From the NCBI GenBank assembly GCA_040218735.1, contig JAVJQW010000003.1, positions 64,001 to 128,000 on the forward strand: DNA of 64,000 nt, in the 5' to 3' direction. Below the pieces are notes generated by a model, which had not been told where the DNA came from, searched no databases, and was given only the letters and a program-made list of their open reading frames with translations. The translations under genes were made by a program, and so were the position numbers. Of the stretch, positions 1 to 9,861 are shown one piece after another. Position 1 is the first letter of the stretch. Each line of letters opens with the position of its first letter. Origin of the DNA: Deltaproteobacteria bacterium (GTDB taxonomy: Bacteria > Myxococcota > Kuafuiibacteriia > Kuafuiibacteriales > Kuafuiibacteriaceae).

Positions 1-1139
1 CGGGTGTCGTCGAGGTTGCGCTGCGCCTGCGGGTTGCTGCCCTTGATGAGCAACGCGCCGGTCGGCGACCGACCGACGTCCGCCTGCGTGGGTGAGAACG
101 ACAGCGCGATCGAGAAGGTCTCGTTCGGCGGAAGCGTGCGCGCTTGGCCGGAGGAGGACACGACGCCGTACGCGCTCGCGGTGCCGGGCGCGAGCTCCCA
201 GGACAGGAGCGTCACCGGTTCGTTGGCGATGTTCGCGCACGCGACCGTCCCGGTCACGGTGGCGCCCGGGTTGACCTGGCCGAAGTCGAGCGACGGCGGC
301 GTGCAGGCGATCGCTTCGTTGGTGCCACGACCGACGAGCGGGACGTCGAGGTTGCACAGCGGACGATCGCAGTTGCCGATCGTCCAGCGGCCCATGTCTT
401 CGCGATCACCCTGCGCGGGGTCCGGGACGTAGCGGAGCACCACGACGATGTTCTCGTCGGGCTCGAGCATCTCGCCCTCGGGGAGGAGCGAGCGCGAGCC
501 CGGCTCGAGCTGCGGCGACATGAGCTCGAAGCGTCCGAGGCCGCCCTGGTTCACGAGCAGCGCGCGGCCGTCTTCGTCGACCTCCGTGAACAGCGGCGTC
601 GCGACGGAGAGGCGGTTGTAGATCTCCACGCTGAGGGTGCGCGCCGATCCGATCAACACGTTGCCGAAGTCGATCGGGTTCGGGACGACCTCGATGCCGT
701 GACGCACGCCGCGCGCGACGAGGTCGACGTCGCGCTCGATCGGCTGGCCGTTGTTGGTGGCGTTCGTGACGATCTTCAGCGAAGAGCGGACCAGGCCCTC
801 GGTCGCGACGAAGGGGAGGAAGCGCACGGTGACCTCTTGGGTCTGGTCGGGTGCGAGTGTGAAGTTGACCGGGCTGACCGCGAACTCGTGGCCCTCGCCG
901 GCGAAGTTGTTGCCGCGCTCGATGTCGGTGACCGTGAGGACACCGTCGCCGCTGTTGCGGACCATCAGGGCGTAGGGTTGGTCGATGCCGATCTGGACGT
1001 CGCCGAAGTCGACGGTCTCTTCGACCTCGAGATCGGGTTGGACGGCGTCGATGGACGTGCCGTCGCTGCACGCGAGCACCGCGGAAGCGATGGCGCCTAT
1101 GAGAAGGTGGGCGCCCCTCGATCGCCCGCGCTCGATCAT
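1..1139 (-). CDS. Lipoprotein with repeated Ig-like (choice-of-anchor D/ASH-type) domains; 3' end runs off the window
   Basis: Read manually on the minus strand from ATG 1139: MIERGRSRGAHLLIGAIASAVLAC (lipobox), then VDFGDVQIG...LMVRNSGDGVLTV, a typical choice-of-anchor D motif. Absent from the ORF track because it has no stop in the window. Confidence 0.75.
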   Translation of the reverse strand, partial: MIERGRSRGAHLLIGAIASAVLACSDGTSIDAVQPDLEVEETVDFGDVQIGIDQPYALMVRNSGDGVLTVTDIERGNNFAGEGHEFAVSPVNFTLAPDQTQEVTVRFLPFVATEGLVRSSLKIVTNATNNGQPIERDVDLVARGVRHGIEVVPNPIDFGNVLIGSARTLSVEIYNRLSVATPLFTEVDEDGRALLVNQGGLGRFELMSPQLEPGSRSLLPEGEMLEPDENIVVVLRYVPDPAQGDREDMGRWTIGNCDRPLCNLDVPLVGRGTNEAIACTPPSLDFGQVNPGATVTGTVACANIANEPVTLLSWELAPGTASAYGVVSSSGQARTLPPNETFSIALSFSPTQADVGRSPTGALLIKGSNPQAQRNLDDT

Positions 1140-1227
1140 CCGATTACGACCTTTCCGTGTTCGTCCCCAAGTCCTCGTCGGCGAACCGACCCCCAGCCGC
1201 GAGGATGACCGGCGGCCCAAACCGGGG

Positions 1228-2544
1228 TCAACCCTCCGAACGTCCGGACGCGAGGACCTGGACCCGCAAAACGGTCCGGCTTCCGGGGGGTTCGCCGATG
1301 AGAAGGAGCTGGTCGCCGAGGAGGACGAGGCGCTGGATGCGCGGGGCGGTCGCGACGGGCAGTCGCGTCGCACAGAAGCCGTGGTCCACGACGTAGGCCT
1401 GCAGCTCGCCGGAGATGGTGCCGTAGATCGCGGTGTCGGCGCGGTAGCGGATCAGATCCCCCGGGAACGCGAGCTCGGGGGCGCCGAGCGAGAGGAGCTC
1501 GCCGCCGGTGTACTGGAACGCGTCGGAGCCCTCGTAGACCGCGAAGATGCCGAACGCGTCGAGCTCGACCATCGCGAACATCCCGCGGGTGTCGGCGAGG
1601 GTGCTGTGCTGATCGATGAGCTGGGCGTCGCGGTAGACGTCGAAGTCGAGCAGGCCCGGCGGCGAGTACGCGACGTGGCGCGGTCCGAGGCGAAGCACCG
1701 CGGCGCGTTGCGCGCTGCCGTCGGGGCGACCGTGTTGCGCCCACTGTTCGAAGTCTTCGCCGACGGCGTGCATCAGCGCGCCTTCGTCGGACGCGAAGAA
1801 GAGGTCGTCGGCGCGCCCCGCGATCGAGACGATGTTGCCGCTCGGGACGGTCGCGGTCTGCACGAAGTCGCCGGCCGCGGTGCCGCGGTACAACGCGGCG
1901 TTGGAGCTCAGCCAGATGTCTTCGCCGTCGACGTGGATCGCGTCGGGGTTGCGTCCGAAGTCGAAGCCGACCTCGGTCGCCGATTCGGCGGTGAGCCAGT
2001 ATCCCGTGCCGCGTTCTTCGTCGCTCGGGCCGGCGAAGAGGAGCGCTTGCGTTTCGTCGACCGCGGCGACGACGAAGACGTGTCGACGATTCGGGATGTC
2101 GAACTCACGCACGACCTCGAACGTCGGGCAGACACACGGGCCGGCGTAGCGAAACGCGGACACGACATCACCGAGCGGACCTTCCTCCCAACCGTTCGTG
2201 CGCGCGCCCTCCGCGCTGAAGCGAAACACACGCGACGCGGCGGGGAGCGGCGCCGCGCCGCAGACTTCGGACGACACAGATTCGAGTCGGCCCGTTCGTA
2301 GTCCGAGCTGTTCGACGGAGGCGTCGTAGAGGAGCGCGGTGCCCGCGATGCGTTCGGCGTCGAGCTCGGCGTCGAACACAAACGCGTCGACCGAGAGATC
2401 GTGCACGTCGATGACGAGCGTGCCGTCGGTTTCGAGCGCGAAGATCAGCGTTTGGTGTTCTTCGATCGTCGGCGGTGGCTCGAGATAGATCGACGATCCA
2501 CTGCACGCGGCAACGACGACGAACGACATCGCAGCCCAACGCAC
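1228..2544 (-). CDS. Hypothetical lipoprotein, probably a beta-propeller
   Basis: Within ORF 1228..2808. Likely start is GTG 2544 or ATG 2529, giving MSFVVVAAC (lipobox) followed by a beta-rich acidic body. Confidence 0.6.
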   Translation of the reverse strand: MRWAAMSFVVVAACSGSSIYLEPPPTIEEHQTLIFALETDGTLVIDVHDLSVDAFVFDAELDAERIAGTALLYDASVEQLGLRTGRLESVSSEVCGAAPLPAASRVFRFSAEGARTNGWEEGPLGDVVSAFRYAGPCVCPTFEVVREFDIPNRRHVFVVAAVDETQALLFAGPSDEERGTGYWLTAESATEVGFDFGRNPDAIHVDGEDIWLSSNAALYRGTAAGDFVQTATVPSGNIVSIAGRADDLFFASDEGALMHAVGEDFEQWAQHGRPDGSAQRAAVLRLGPRHVAYSPPGLLDFDVYRDAQLIDQHSTLADTRGMFAMVELDAFGIFAVYEGSDAFQYTGGELLSLGAPELAFPGDLIRYRADTAIYGTISGELQAYVVDHGFCATRLPVATAPRIQRLVLLGDQLLLIGEPPGSRTVLRVQVLASGRSEG

Positions 2545-2641
2545 GTCTGCATCGTACAGTCGGCGATCGCAGATCGCGACATCTCTGTCAGGGTGTCGAT
2601 TCTTTTCACCGGTTCTCTGAAACGCTTCGTATAGGCCGAAC

Positions 2642-4285
2642 ATGAAGCGTACAGCGATGTGGATCGCGGCACCGGCGTTGGTCGTCGGCGTCGCGTACGG
2701 AACGGATGCGATCGCGTGTGGCTGCTTTGCACGGCCCGCGCCGGACGTCGACATCCTGCAGGCCGGGGAGCTTGTCGTGTTCGCGGAGCGCGACGGCAAG
2801 GTGACCATGCAGGTGCAGATCTCTTATTCGGGGCCCGCGGAGAACTTCGCGTGGCTGTTGCCGGTGCCGGCGGAGCCGGAGCTTTCGATCGGCGCGGAGG
2901 AGCTCTTCCTCGAGCTCGACCGACGCACGCAGCCGACGTTCAACGCGCAGATCCAGTTTGCGCAGAACTGCGGCGGTGCGAACGCGCGAGACGCGGCCGC
3001 GGCGCGCACGCTCGACGGCGGCGTGCAGTCGCCGCCCGCGCCGGAGATCGAGGTGTCGCGCCAATTCGTCGGGCCGTACGAAGCGGTCGTCGTCGACGCG
3101 AGCAACCGCGAAGACCTCACGGCGTGGCTCAACGCCAACGGCTTCTTCGTCGCGGACCCGGACGGCACGGCGCTCGAGCCCTACGTGCGCCCCGGTGCGT
3201 ACTTCCTCGCGCTGAAGCTGCAGTCGGATCGTTCGTCGGGTGACATCGCGCCGATCGTCATGGAGTTCGACGCGGCGATGCCGATGATTCCGATCTCCCT
3301 CACGCGCGTCGGCGCGACGCCCGACATGCCGATCTACGTCTGGGTCCTCGGCGAAGCGCGCGCGATCCCGCGCAACTTCCGGAATGTCGTCATCAACATG
3401 GAGCACATCGATTGGCTCCGCGGCGGCAGCAACTACCAACGCGTCGTCACCCGCGCCGTGGACGAGGCGGAGGGGCACCACGCCTTCGTCACGGAGTTCG
3501 CCGGCAGGACGTCGCAGTTCGACTGGACGCTCGCGCCGATCGGGCGCTTCGGATCCAGCGAGACGCTCGAGACCGTGACGGACGCCGCCGACTTCACGAC
3601 CGAGCTCCGCCGCAGGAACTTCCCGTGGCGCGATCGCATGGTGAACATCCTGCGCGACACGTTCCCGTTCCCGCCCGGCGTCGCGAGCGCTGGCGTCCCG
3701 GAGAACATCTACTACGCGGGCCTCGACTTCTACCTCACGACCTACCGCGAGCAGTTCCCGGAGCAGTTCGAGGGGGCGGACTTCTCGTTCGATCCCGTCG
3801 AGCTGACGGCGCTCCTGTGGGAGGCGATCGTGCAGCCGATGAAGGACGGCCAGGCGCTCCTCGACGCTCACCCTCACCTCACGCGTATGTTCACGACGCT
3901 GTCGCCCGACGAGATGTCGCTCGACCCGGCGTTCAGCTTCAACCCGGACCTTCCGGACGTCTCCAACGTCCACACCGCCGAGGTGACGCTCGAGTGCGAC
4001 GGCACCGGCGAGGTCGTCCTCCCCGACGGTCGCGTGCGTTCGGTCGACGAGGTCGGCGACGCCGCAATCGATCGCGCGCCCGCCACGCGACGGATCGAGA
4101 TCCTGATGGAGGAAGGCCCGGCGCAGGTGGAGGTCGACAACGAGATGGCGCTGATGCCGATGAACACGTTGGACGGCTCCTCGCTGAACCGATCGTGCGG
4201 GTGCTCGGCGACGAGCGCGAGCGGCGGCGGCGGTGCGCTCTTGCTCCTGCTGGTCATGGGTCTGGTGGTCCGACGACGGCGCTGA
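2642..4285 (+). CDS. DUF2330 domain protein with C-terminal MYXO-CTERM sorting signal
   Basis: Signal peptide, then ACGCF, FAWLLPVP, WLNANGF and PISLTRVGA motifs. The C-terminus is CGCSATSASGGGGALLLLLVMGLVVRRRR. Confidence 0.85.
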   Translation: MKRTAMWIAAPALVVGVAYGTDAIACGCFARPAPDVDILQAGELVVFAERDGKVTMQVQISYSGPAENFAWLLPVPAEPELSIGAEELFLELDRRTQPTFNAQIQFAQNCGGANARDAAAARTLDGGVQSPPAPEIEVSRQFVGPYEAVVVDASNREDLTAWLNANGFFVADPDGTALEPYVRPGAYFLALKLQSDRSSGDIAPIVMEFDAAMPMIPISLTRVGATPDMPIYVWVLGEARAIPRNFRNVVINMEHIDWLRGGSNYQRVVTRAVDEAEGHHAFVTEFAGRTSQFDWTLAPIGRFGSSETLETVTDAADFTTELRRRNFPWRDRMVNILRDTFPFPPGVASAGVPENIYYAGLDFYLTTYREQFPEQFEGADFSFDPVELTALLWEAIVQPMKDGQALLDAHPHLTRMFTTLSPDEMSLDPAFSFNPDLPDVSNVHTAEVTLECDGTGEVVLPDGRVRSVDEVGDAAIDRAPATRRIEILMEEGPAQVEVDNEMALMPMNTLDGSSLNRSCGCSATSASGGGGALLLLLVMGLVVRRRR

Positions 4286-4321
4286 AGTGATCACCCCGGC
4301 GAGGGGTGTTAGGACGCGGTC

Positions 4322-6130
4322 ATGCGATCCGCACGGCCGACCTGGCTCCTCGTCCTCACCCTCGCCGGCTGCTCGGATTTGGGGCCCGAGACGCAGACTT
4401 CGGGCGCCCCGCTCCTCGCCACGTCTTGTGACGACACCCCCGCCTTCAATCCCCTCGGCAGCGCATCGAGCCCCGAAGCCCTTGTGAGCTCCGCGGACGG
4501 CTCGGTCGTCGCGTTCACGCTCCCCGACGGCGCCGGCGGCCTCGACGTCTTCGTGCGCGACCTCGCGGCCGAGACGCAGGTCGCGCTCGGGACGGCGGCC
4601 GACCCGTCGTACCTCGACATCAGCAGCGACGGGGAGATCGTCGTGTTCCAGTACGCCGTGCTCCCGAGCATCGATCGCGCGCGGATCTTCCGCCGCGACG
4701 GGACCGAGCTCGCCGAGCTGATCATGGGCAAACCGCGGTTGTCGGCGGACGGCGGCCGCGTCGCGGTCGAGAACTACAACGGCGACATCTACTCCGTTGC
4801 GGTGCCCTCCCAGCCGGCGGGGTTCATCTACTCGGTGGACCCCGAGGGGCTCAACGGGGAGCTGCTGCACCTCTCCGCCGACGCTCGCTATCTGATGTAT
4901 CGGCCGAGCCCGGTCGCGCCCGTCGAGCGCGTCGACCGCACCACCGGCGCCATCGTCACGACGGTCGACGCGGGCCCCATTTCCTTGGCCTTCAGCGCAG
5001 ACGGCTCGAAGTTCGTGTACCGCCCGAACAGTGGACTCGGGCTGGCCGTCTACGACATCGACAGCGGCGAGCAGACGACGCTCACGAGCGGCGGCTGGGG
5101 CGACCTCGCGATCAGCGACGACGGGACCTACGCGTTCAGCGACACCGACGAACACCTCGACCCGTACCTTCACGTCGACTGGGCGCACATCTACGCGTTC
5201 AACCTCGAGACGCTGGACGTCGGTTTGATCGAGGCCGACCGCTTCGCGATCGGTCGCATCACGATGAGCGGCGACGGTCGCTTCCTCATCTACGTTACGA
5301 ACGAATCACTCGACCCGGCGGATACCAACGCGACCTACGACCTCTACGTCCAGAGCAACCCCACGCAGTGCGCGGCGTCGGCAACCTACCTTGCGCAGTA
5401 CGCCGCGCCCGGATGTGACGAGCCGGCCGCCAGCTGCGACACCGGCACGCTGGTGGAGAGCCGCGGCAACATCGGGCCGGAGCTCAACGCCCCCAACACT
5501 CTCTTCAACACGTGTCTGGACGGCAACGGCGCGGGGACCCACGCAAACGAATCCATCGAGCGCATCGTGGTGCGGTCGCCAAACGGCGCCAACATCGCGC
5601 CGTACACGGCGCTGGAGATCGATGTGACCACCAAGGCGTACGGCAACGGGACCTCCGACTTCCTCGACGTCTACTACACGGACGACATCTGGCTCGCCGA
5701 CTGGGAACACGTCGGGACGCTGCAGGGCATCGTGGGGGGCGAGCACACGTACTCGATGCAGCACTTCATCCGGACCGGGAACCAGCTCCACGCGTTCCGC
5801 GCGCAGTGGCGATACATGGGCGGCCTCACCCCCCCGGGGCCCTGCTCGCAGGGGTACTACACGGATCACGACGATCTGATCTTTTCAGTGGAACGGGCGA
5901 CGAGCTGGCAGAATCCGCACCTCCAGCACGACGTCAACGACGACGGCACCGTCTCCCCGCTCGACGCGCTCGTCGTGATCAACAAACTCGGCGCGGGCGG
6001 CACCTCGCTGCTCCCGCCGATCTACGGCAACGTCGGCCCGCCGCCCTACTACGACGTCAACGGCGACGGACACGTCACCTCGAGCGACGCGCTCGCGGTG
6101 ATCAACTACCTCGAGCAGCAGCAGAACTAG
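4322..6130 (+). CDS. Lipoprotein: TolB/PD40-like propeller + myxobacterial peptidase-associated C-terminal domain + dockerin-like domain
   Basis: LAGC lipobox; S[AS]DG repeats; SCDTGTLVESRG...NESIERI...DHDDLIFSV domain; duplicated DVNDDGTVSPLDALVVIN / DVNGDGHVTSSDALAVIN. Confidence 0.75.
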   Translation: MRSARPTWLLVLTLAGCSDLGPETQTSGAPLLATSCDDTPAFNPLGSASSPEALVSSADGSVVAFTLPDGAGGLDVFVRDLAAETQVALGTAADPSYLDISSDGEIVVFQYAVLPSIDRARIFRRDGTELAELIMGKPRLSADGGRVAVENYNGDIYSVAVPSQPAGFIYSVDPEGLNGELLHLSADARYLMYRPSPVAPVERVDRTTGAIVTTVDAGPISLAFSADGSKFVYRPNSGLGLAVYDIDSGEQTTLTSGGWGDLAISDDGTYAFSDTDEHLDPYLHVDWAHIYAFNLETLDVGLIEADRFAIGRITMSGDGRFLIYVTNESLDPADTNATYDLYVQSNPTQCAASATYLAQYAAPGCDEPAASCDTGTLVESRGNIGPELNAPNTLFNTCLDGNGAGTHANESIERIVVRSPNGANIAPYTALEIDVTTKAYGNGTSDFLDVYYTDDIWLADWEHVGTLQGIVGGEHTYSMQHFIRTGNQLHAFRAQWRYMGGLTPPGPCSQGYYTDHDDLIFSVERATSWQNPHLQHDVNDDGTVSPLDALVVINKLGAGGTSLLPPIYGNVGPPPYYDVNGDGHVTSSDALAVINYLEQQQN

Positions 6131-6148
6131 AGCCCGGCCGAAACGGGC

Positions 6149-7741
6149 TCATCCACCCTTCGGCGGAGCACCGTGCCCGCGCCCGATGATCTTCGGGAGG
6201 CGGTCCTCGTACACGAACGGCTTCTGATCTTCCTGCGCGCGGTGGCACTCGGCGCACACCCGCTCCGGGACCTCGCGCGGGTAGGCGACCTTCACCTTGG
6301 GATCCTTGGCGTGCTCGCTGCCCGGGCCGTGGCAGCTCTCGCAGCCGACGTCCACGAACGTACCCAGCTCCGCGAGGCGGCGCGGACCGCCGGGGCGATC
6401 GAATCCGGTGACGTGGCACGGCACGCAGTCGAGGTTCGACGTCTGGCGCGTGCGCTTCATCGTCGCCCAGGCCTTGGCGTGCCCGGTCTTCTTCCAGTGC
6501 GAGAACGCTTCGGCGTGGCACTTCGCGCAAGACGCGTTGCCGACGTACGTCATGTCCGCCCGCGCCGTGAGCTCGGCGTGGTTCACGACGCCGAGGTGAT
6601 CCTGGTAGCGCCGGTAGATCGCGAGGACCTGCTCGTCCTGCGGAAGATCGTGATCGAGCGGCACGAGCTCACCGGACAGGCGGTGCCGCTTCGCCGTCTT
6701 CACCGTGGCGAGGTCCTTCTCCAGCGCAATCTTGCGCGCCTCGAGCCGCTTCACGGTGGCGGCGCGCTCGGCGGCGGCCTTCGGAGCCTTCGGCGCCTCG
6801 TCCTTGGCGTACGCCGCGATGCGCTCCTCGATCTTGTCGATCTGCTCCGCCTGCATCTGCACCGCGCCCATGTCCGCGACCCGCGTCGCGCCGGGCACCA
6901 CCTCGAGCTTCACCTTCGCGACCCACTTGCCGCGGTCGCCCGCCATGAGGAACGCGCTGCGGCCTTCGCGCGCGAGCTGCAGGCGGCGCGAGGTACGGTC
7001 GTGCGCGATCACCGCGAAGTCGATGACCCCCGGCTCCAGCGTGTCGAGGATCTGCTGCGCATTCGCGAACGTCAGGTGCAGCAGCGCCACGACGATCTGC
7101 GCGCCGTCCTTCTTGGCCTGCCGCGCCGCCGCCTCCACGTGCGCGAGCGCCGGCTCCGCGCGCAGCCCGGCGCGCTGGTACACGAGGTGCGCCTGCGCCT
7201 TCGGCGGCAGCTCGGGCGAGGCGCCGACGAAGCCGATCTTCACGCCGCCGCGCTCCGCGATCGTGAACGCATCGAACGCCGCGGTGCCCGACTCCGTGTG
7301 CCGCAAGTTCGCCGACAACAGCTTCACGCCGGCGCGCTCTCCGAGGCTCCGTAACGTACCGAGCCCCAACGCGAGGTCACGCTCCCCGACGGCCATCGCG
7401 GGCGCGTCGAAGTGTTTCAAGACATCCGCGTGCAGCTGCGCGGTCGCGCGCGCCTGCGCCTCGTACCGCGGCGCCACCGTCCAGTTGCGGAAGAACAGGT
7501 CCCCCGCGTCGACGACCACCGCGGCCCCCTCCGACTGCGTCTTGATCACCTGCGCCCGACGCGCGACGCCGCCCATCTGGCGCGCCTTGCACCCGCAGAC
7601 GTCGGTGTCGCTCCCGACGTCACCGGTCGCGAAGATCGTGAGGGTCTGGGGACCAGCGGGGGGCGGAGCGACCTCGGGGGGCTTCGTCTCGGACGGGCAG
7701 CCCGCGAGGAGCAACACCAAGCACCAGCCAGCCCTACGCAC
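6149..7741 (-). CDS. Lipoprotein with 5'-nucleotidase/UshA-like domain and tetraheme cytochrome c (c554-like) domain
   Basis: GTG 7741 start, LLAGC lipobox, CGC...GGVARR, VDAGDLF. Four CxxCH motifs: CAKCH, CVPCH, CESCH, CAECH. Confidence 0.85.
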   Translation of the reverse strand: MRRAGWCLVLLLAGCPSETKPPEVAPPPAGPQTLTIFATGDVGSDTDVCGCKARQMGGVARRAQVIKTQSEGAAVVVDAGDLFFRNWTVAPRYEAQARATAQLHADVLKHFDAPAMAVGERDLALGLGTLRSLGERAGVKLLSANLRHTESGTAAFDAFTIAERGGVKIGFVGASPELPPKAQAHLVYQRAGLRAEPALAHVEAAARQAKKDGAQIVVALLHLTFANAQQILDTLEPGVIDFAVIAHDRTSRRLQLAREGRSAFLMAGDRGKWVAKVKLEVVPGATRVADMGAVQMQAEQIDKIEERIAAYAKDEAPKAPKAAAERAATVKRLEARKIALEKDLATVKTAKRHRLSGELVPLDHDLPQDEQVLAIYRRYQDHLGVVNHAELTARADMTYVGNASCAKCHAEAFSHWKKTGHAKAWATMKRTRQTSNLDCVPCHVTGFDRPGGPRRLAELGTFVDVGCESCHGPGSEHAKDPKVKVAYPREVPERVCAECHRAQEDQKPFVYEDRLPKIIGRGHGAPPKGG

Positions 7742-7801
7742 GCGGGAACGATAACGTGTTTCGCGCGGCCCGCGCCGTCGATTTTGCCCGGTCACGCCTC
7801 G

Positions 7802-8416
7802 TCAGCGACGCCGAGCGTGAATCAGCGCGTCGACCCCGGTCCCCGAGGCGCGGCGTGGACGCTCCTCGGCGACGACGGTCGACCAGGTTCGACCATCGAG
7901 CGCGCGGAGCGCGGCAGCAACGGAGACCTGGTTCTGCCGGGCGGCGGGCGTGGGTTTGCCGGTCGCGGGATCGATGGGCTGATGACCGACGAGGAGCAAC
8001 GTTCCCCCCGGCGCGACGCCGGACGCCAACCGCCGTACCATCGCTTCCTGTGCACCTTCGATGTGAACGTAGAGGCTGGCGACGAGGTCGAACGCCTCGG
8101 CCGGGGGACGCCACTTCGAAAGATCGCCTTCCACCCACGTGAGCCGCGACGCGAGGCTGCGCGCCTCGGCCACCTCACGCCCGTGCGCGAGCGCGCTCGG
8201 CGAGAAGTCGACCGCGGTCACCGTCCACCCGAGCTGAGCGAGCCACAGCGCCTCAGTCCCGCTCCCGCACCCGGCGTCGAGCGCACGCCCGGGTGACAGC
8301 CCGGACGCCACCTCGACGAGGTCGGCGTTGGGCGTTCGGCCCGCGACGACGTCGGCGTGTTCGTCCAACGTCTTGGTCCACAGCTGCTCCCAGAACGGAC
8401 GGTCGAACCGCGTCAT
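7802..8416 (-). CDS. Class I SAM-dependent methyltransferase
   Basis: ALDAGCGSG motif I and VTAVDFS. ATGA overlap with the upstream Rrf2 gene. Confidence 0.85.
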   Translation of the reverse strand: MTRFDRPFWEQLWTKTLDEHADVVAGRTPNADLVEVASGLSPGRALDAGCGSGTEALWLAQLGWTVTAVDFSPSALAHGREVAEARSLASRLTWVEGDLSKWRPPAEAFDLVASLYVHIEGAQEAMVRRLASGVAPGGTLLLVGHQPIDPATGKPTPAARQNQVSVAAALRALDGRTWSTVVAEERPRRASGTGVDALIHARRR

Positions 8417-8898
8417 CGTGCGCTCCGCTTGGTGCGGGACGCCTTCGCGGATTGGCACGTCTCGTCGAGCTGACGCGCGACGAGGCGCCCGCGCACGTAC
8501 GCGTGCAGCATCGACAGCGTCACTTCGCCGAGGCGCTCCAGCAGCCGCGCCTCCGCCTCGCGAAACGCCCCGCCGAGCGCCGTGTTGACCGCGGCTTCGA
8601 CGAGGCAGTCGGGTGCAGACGTGCGGTGCCCGATCGCCAGCAAGGTCGGACTTCCCAGCGCCTCGTGGACATCGCGGAGGGTGAGCTCGGCGAGGTCACA
8701 ACAGAGCACCCACCCGCCCCCCGGCCCGCGCGTCGACTGTACGTAGCCCCGCTCGCGGAGACCGGCCATCACGCGCCGGACGACGACGGGGTTGGTGCCC
8801 ATCGACTTCGCCAAGACCTCGGAGGACACGGCTTCTTCGACCTGCGCGAGGTGAAGCAACACGTGGGTCACGCCCGACAACCGTGTATCCACATTCAT
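8413..8898 (-). CDS. Rrf2 family transcriptional regulator
   Basis: [23 protein letters not shown]...GPGGGW...TLRDV winged-HTH pattern. Confidence 0.9.
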   Translation of the reverse strand: MNVDTRLSGVTHVLLHLAQVEEAVSSEVLAKSMGTNPVVVRRVMAGLRERGYVQSTRGPGGGWVLCCDLAELTLRDVHEALGSPTLLAIGHRTSAPDCLVEAAVNTALGGAFREAEARLLERLGEVTLSMLHAYVRGRLVARQLDETCQSAKASRTKRSAR

Positions 8899-8915
8899 GT
8901 AACTCTTACGGTTAC
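8899..8915. promoter_or_regulatory. Palindromic operator GTAAC-N7-GTTAC abutting the Rrf2 start codon (probable autoregulation)
   Basis: gtaac tcttacg gttac at 8899-8915, in a locally AT-rich patch directly upstream of ATG 8898. Confidence 0.6.
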
Positions 8916-9003
8916 GATTTAGTGTGGGCGAGTCAAGGCCTCCGGGTACAGGGAGGCGTTTGTTTCGAGCAGGACGGGCGTCGTGGAGGATCGGACGCGG
9001 CGT

Positions 9004-9861
9004 CTACTTGAGCGCCTTCAACCGCGCCCGCGCCTCTTTGGCGGCCTTCGAGCGGCGGTATTTCTGCTTCACCGTCTGGTAGAACAGCTTCGCGTCCTCG
9101 GGGAGGTTGAGCTTCTCGAAGCACTGCCCGAGGCGAAGGAGCGCGTCTGGCACGAGCTTCGAGCGTCCGAACTTCTTGCGGACGGTGTTGTAGACCGCGG
9201 CGGCCTGCTGGAAGTTCTCTTCCGCGAAGTACGTCTCACCGATGTAGTACTGCGTCTTCGCGCCGTGTTTGCGCGCGAACGCCTTGTCGTCCTTGTAGCG
9301 GATGTCGATCTCACGCAGCAGCTTGCGCGCCTCACCCGGCTGCTTCGCGTCGAGGAGCGCCTTCGCCTCCTTCAACGCCTGCGCCGGATCCTGCATCAGC
9401 CGCTCACGCTGACGGGCTTCCTCGATCGCGCGCGCCTTCTCCTCCTCGGAGTTCGCGGCGTCGATCTTCTGCTTCTCGGCGAGGCCCTGGAACCGGACCT
9501 CGACCTCCTCCTGCACCTTCGACGCGGCCTGCTCCAGCGTGCTGACCCGCTCCGAGAACGTCTCGACGCGCCCCTTCATCCGGGCCACGTCCTGCATCAT
9601 CTCGTCGAGCTGCACGCCGAGGTCGGCGTCGTTGCGGCGCGCCGCCTTCGACAGCGTGCCGACCTCCTCGGTCATCTTCGCGAGCTGAACGCGCTGCTTC
9701 TTCTCCTGCGCCTGAAGCTCGGAGACGGCCTGCTGCATCGCAGTCACCTGCGTCTGCAGCGCGTACACCTCGTTCGCGAGGCGCTCGCCGTCCTCCTGAG
9801 AGTAGTAGGCACAGGCCGGCGACAGCGCGAAGACCGCCGCGAAAGCGAGGAGTCGCTTCAC
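9004..9861 (-). CDS. cpoB: Tol-Pal system protein CpoB/YbgF-like (coiled coil + TPR)
   Basis: GTG 9861 overlaps the pal stop. Signal/lipobox, coiled coil, then QYYIGETYF and PDALLRLGQCF TPR motifs. Confidence 0.8.
   Translation of the reverse strand: MKRLLAFAAVFALSPACAYYSQEDGERLANEVYALQTQVTAMQQAVSELQAQEKKQRVQLAKMTEEVGTLSKAARRNDADLGVQLDEMMQDVARMKGRVETFSERVSTLEQAASKVQEEVEVRFQGLAEKQKIDAANSEEEKARAIEEARQRERLMQDPAQALKEAKALLDAKQPGEARKLLREIDIRYKDDKAFARKHGAKTQYYIGETYFAEENFQQAAAVYNTVRKKFGRSKLVPDALLRLGQCFEKLNLPEDAKLFYQTVKQKYRRSKAAKEARARLKALK

Noticed and set aside
2606-5188. Long antisense ORFs (e.g. 2606..5188-, 17873..20671-, 45188..47653+, 35660..37612+)
   Set aside because: These are shadow ORFs expected in GC-rich DNA opposite well-supported genes; they are Arg/Ala/Gly-rich with no motifs.
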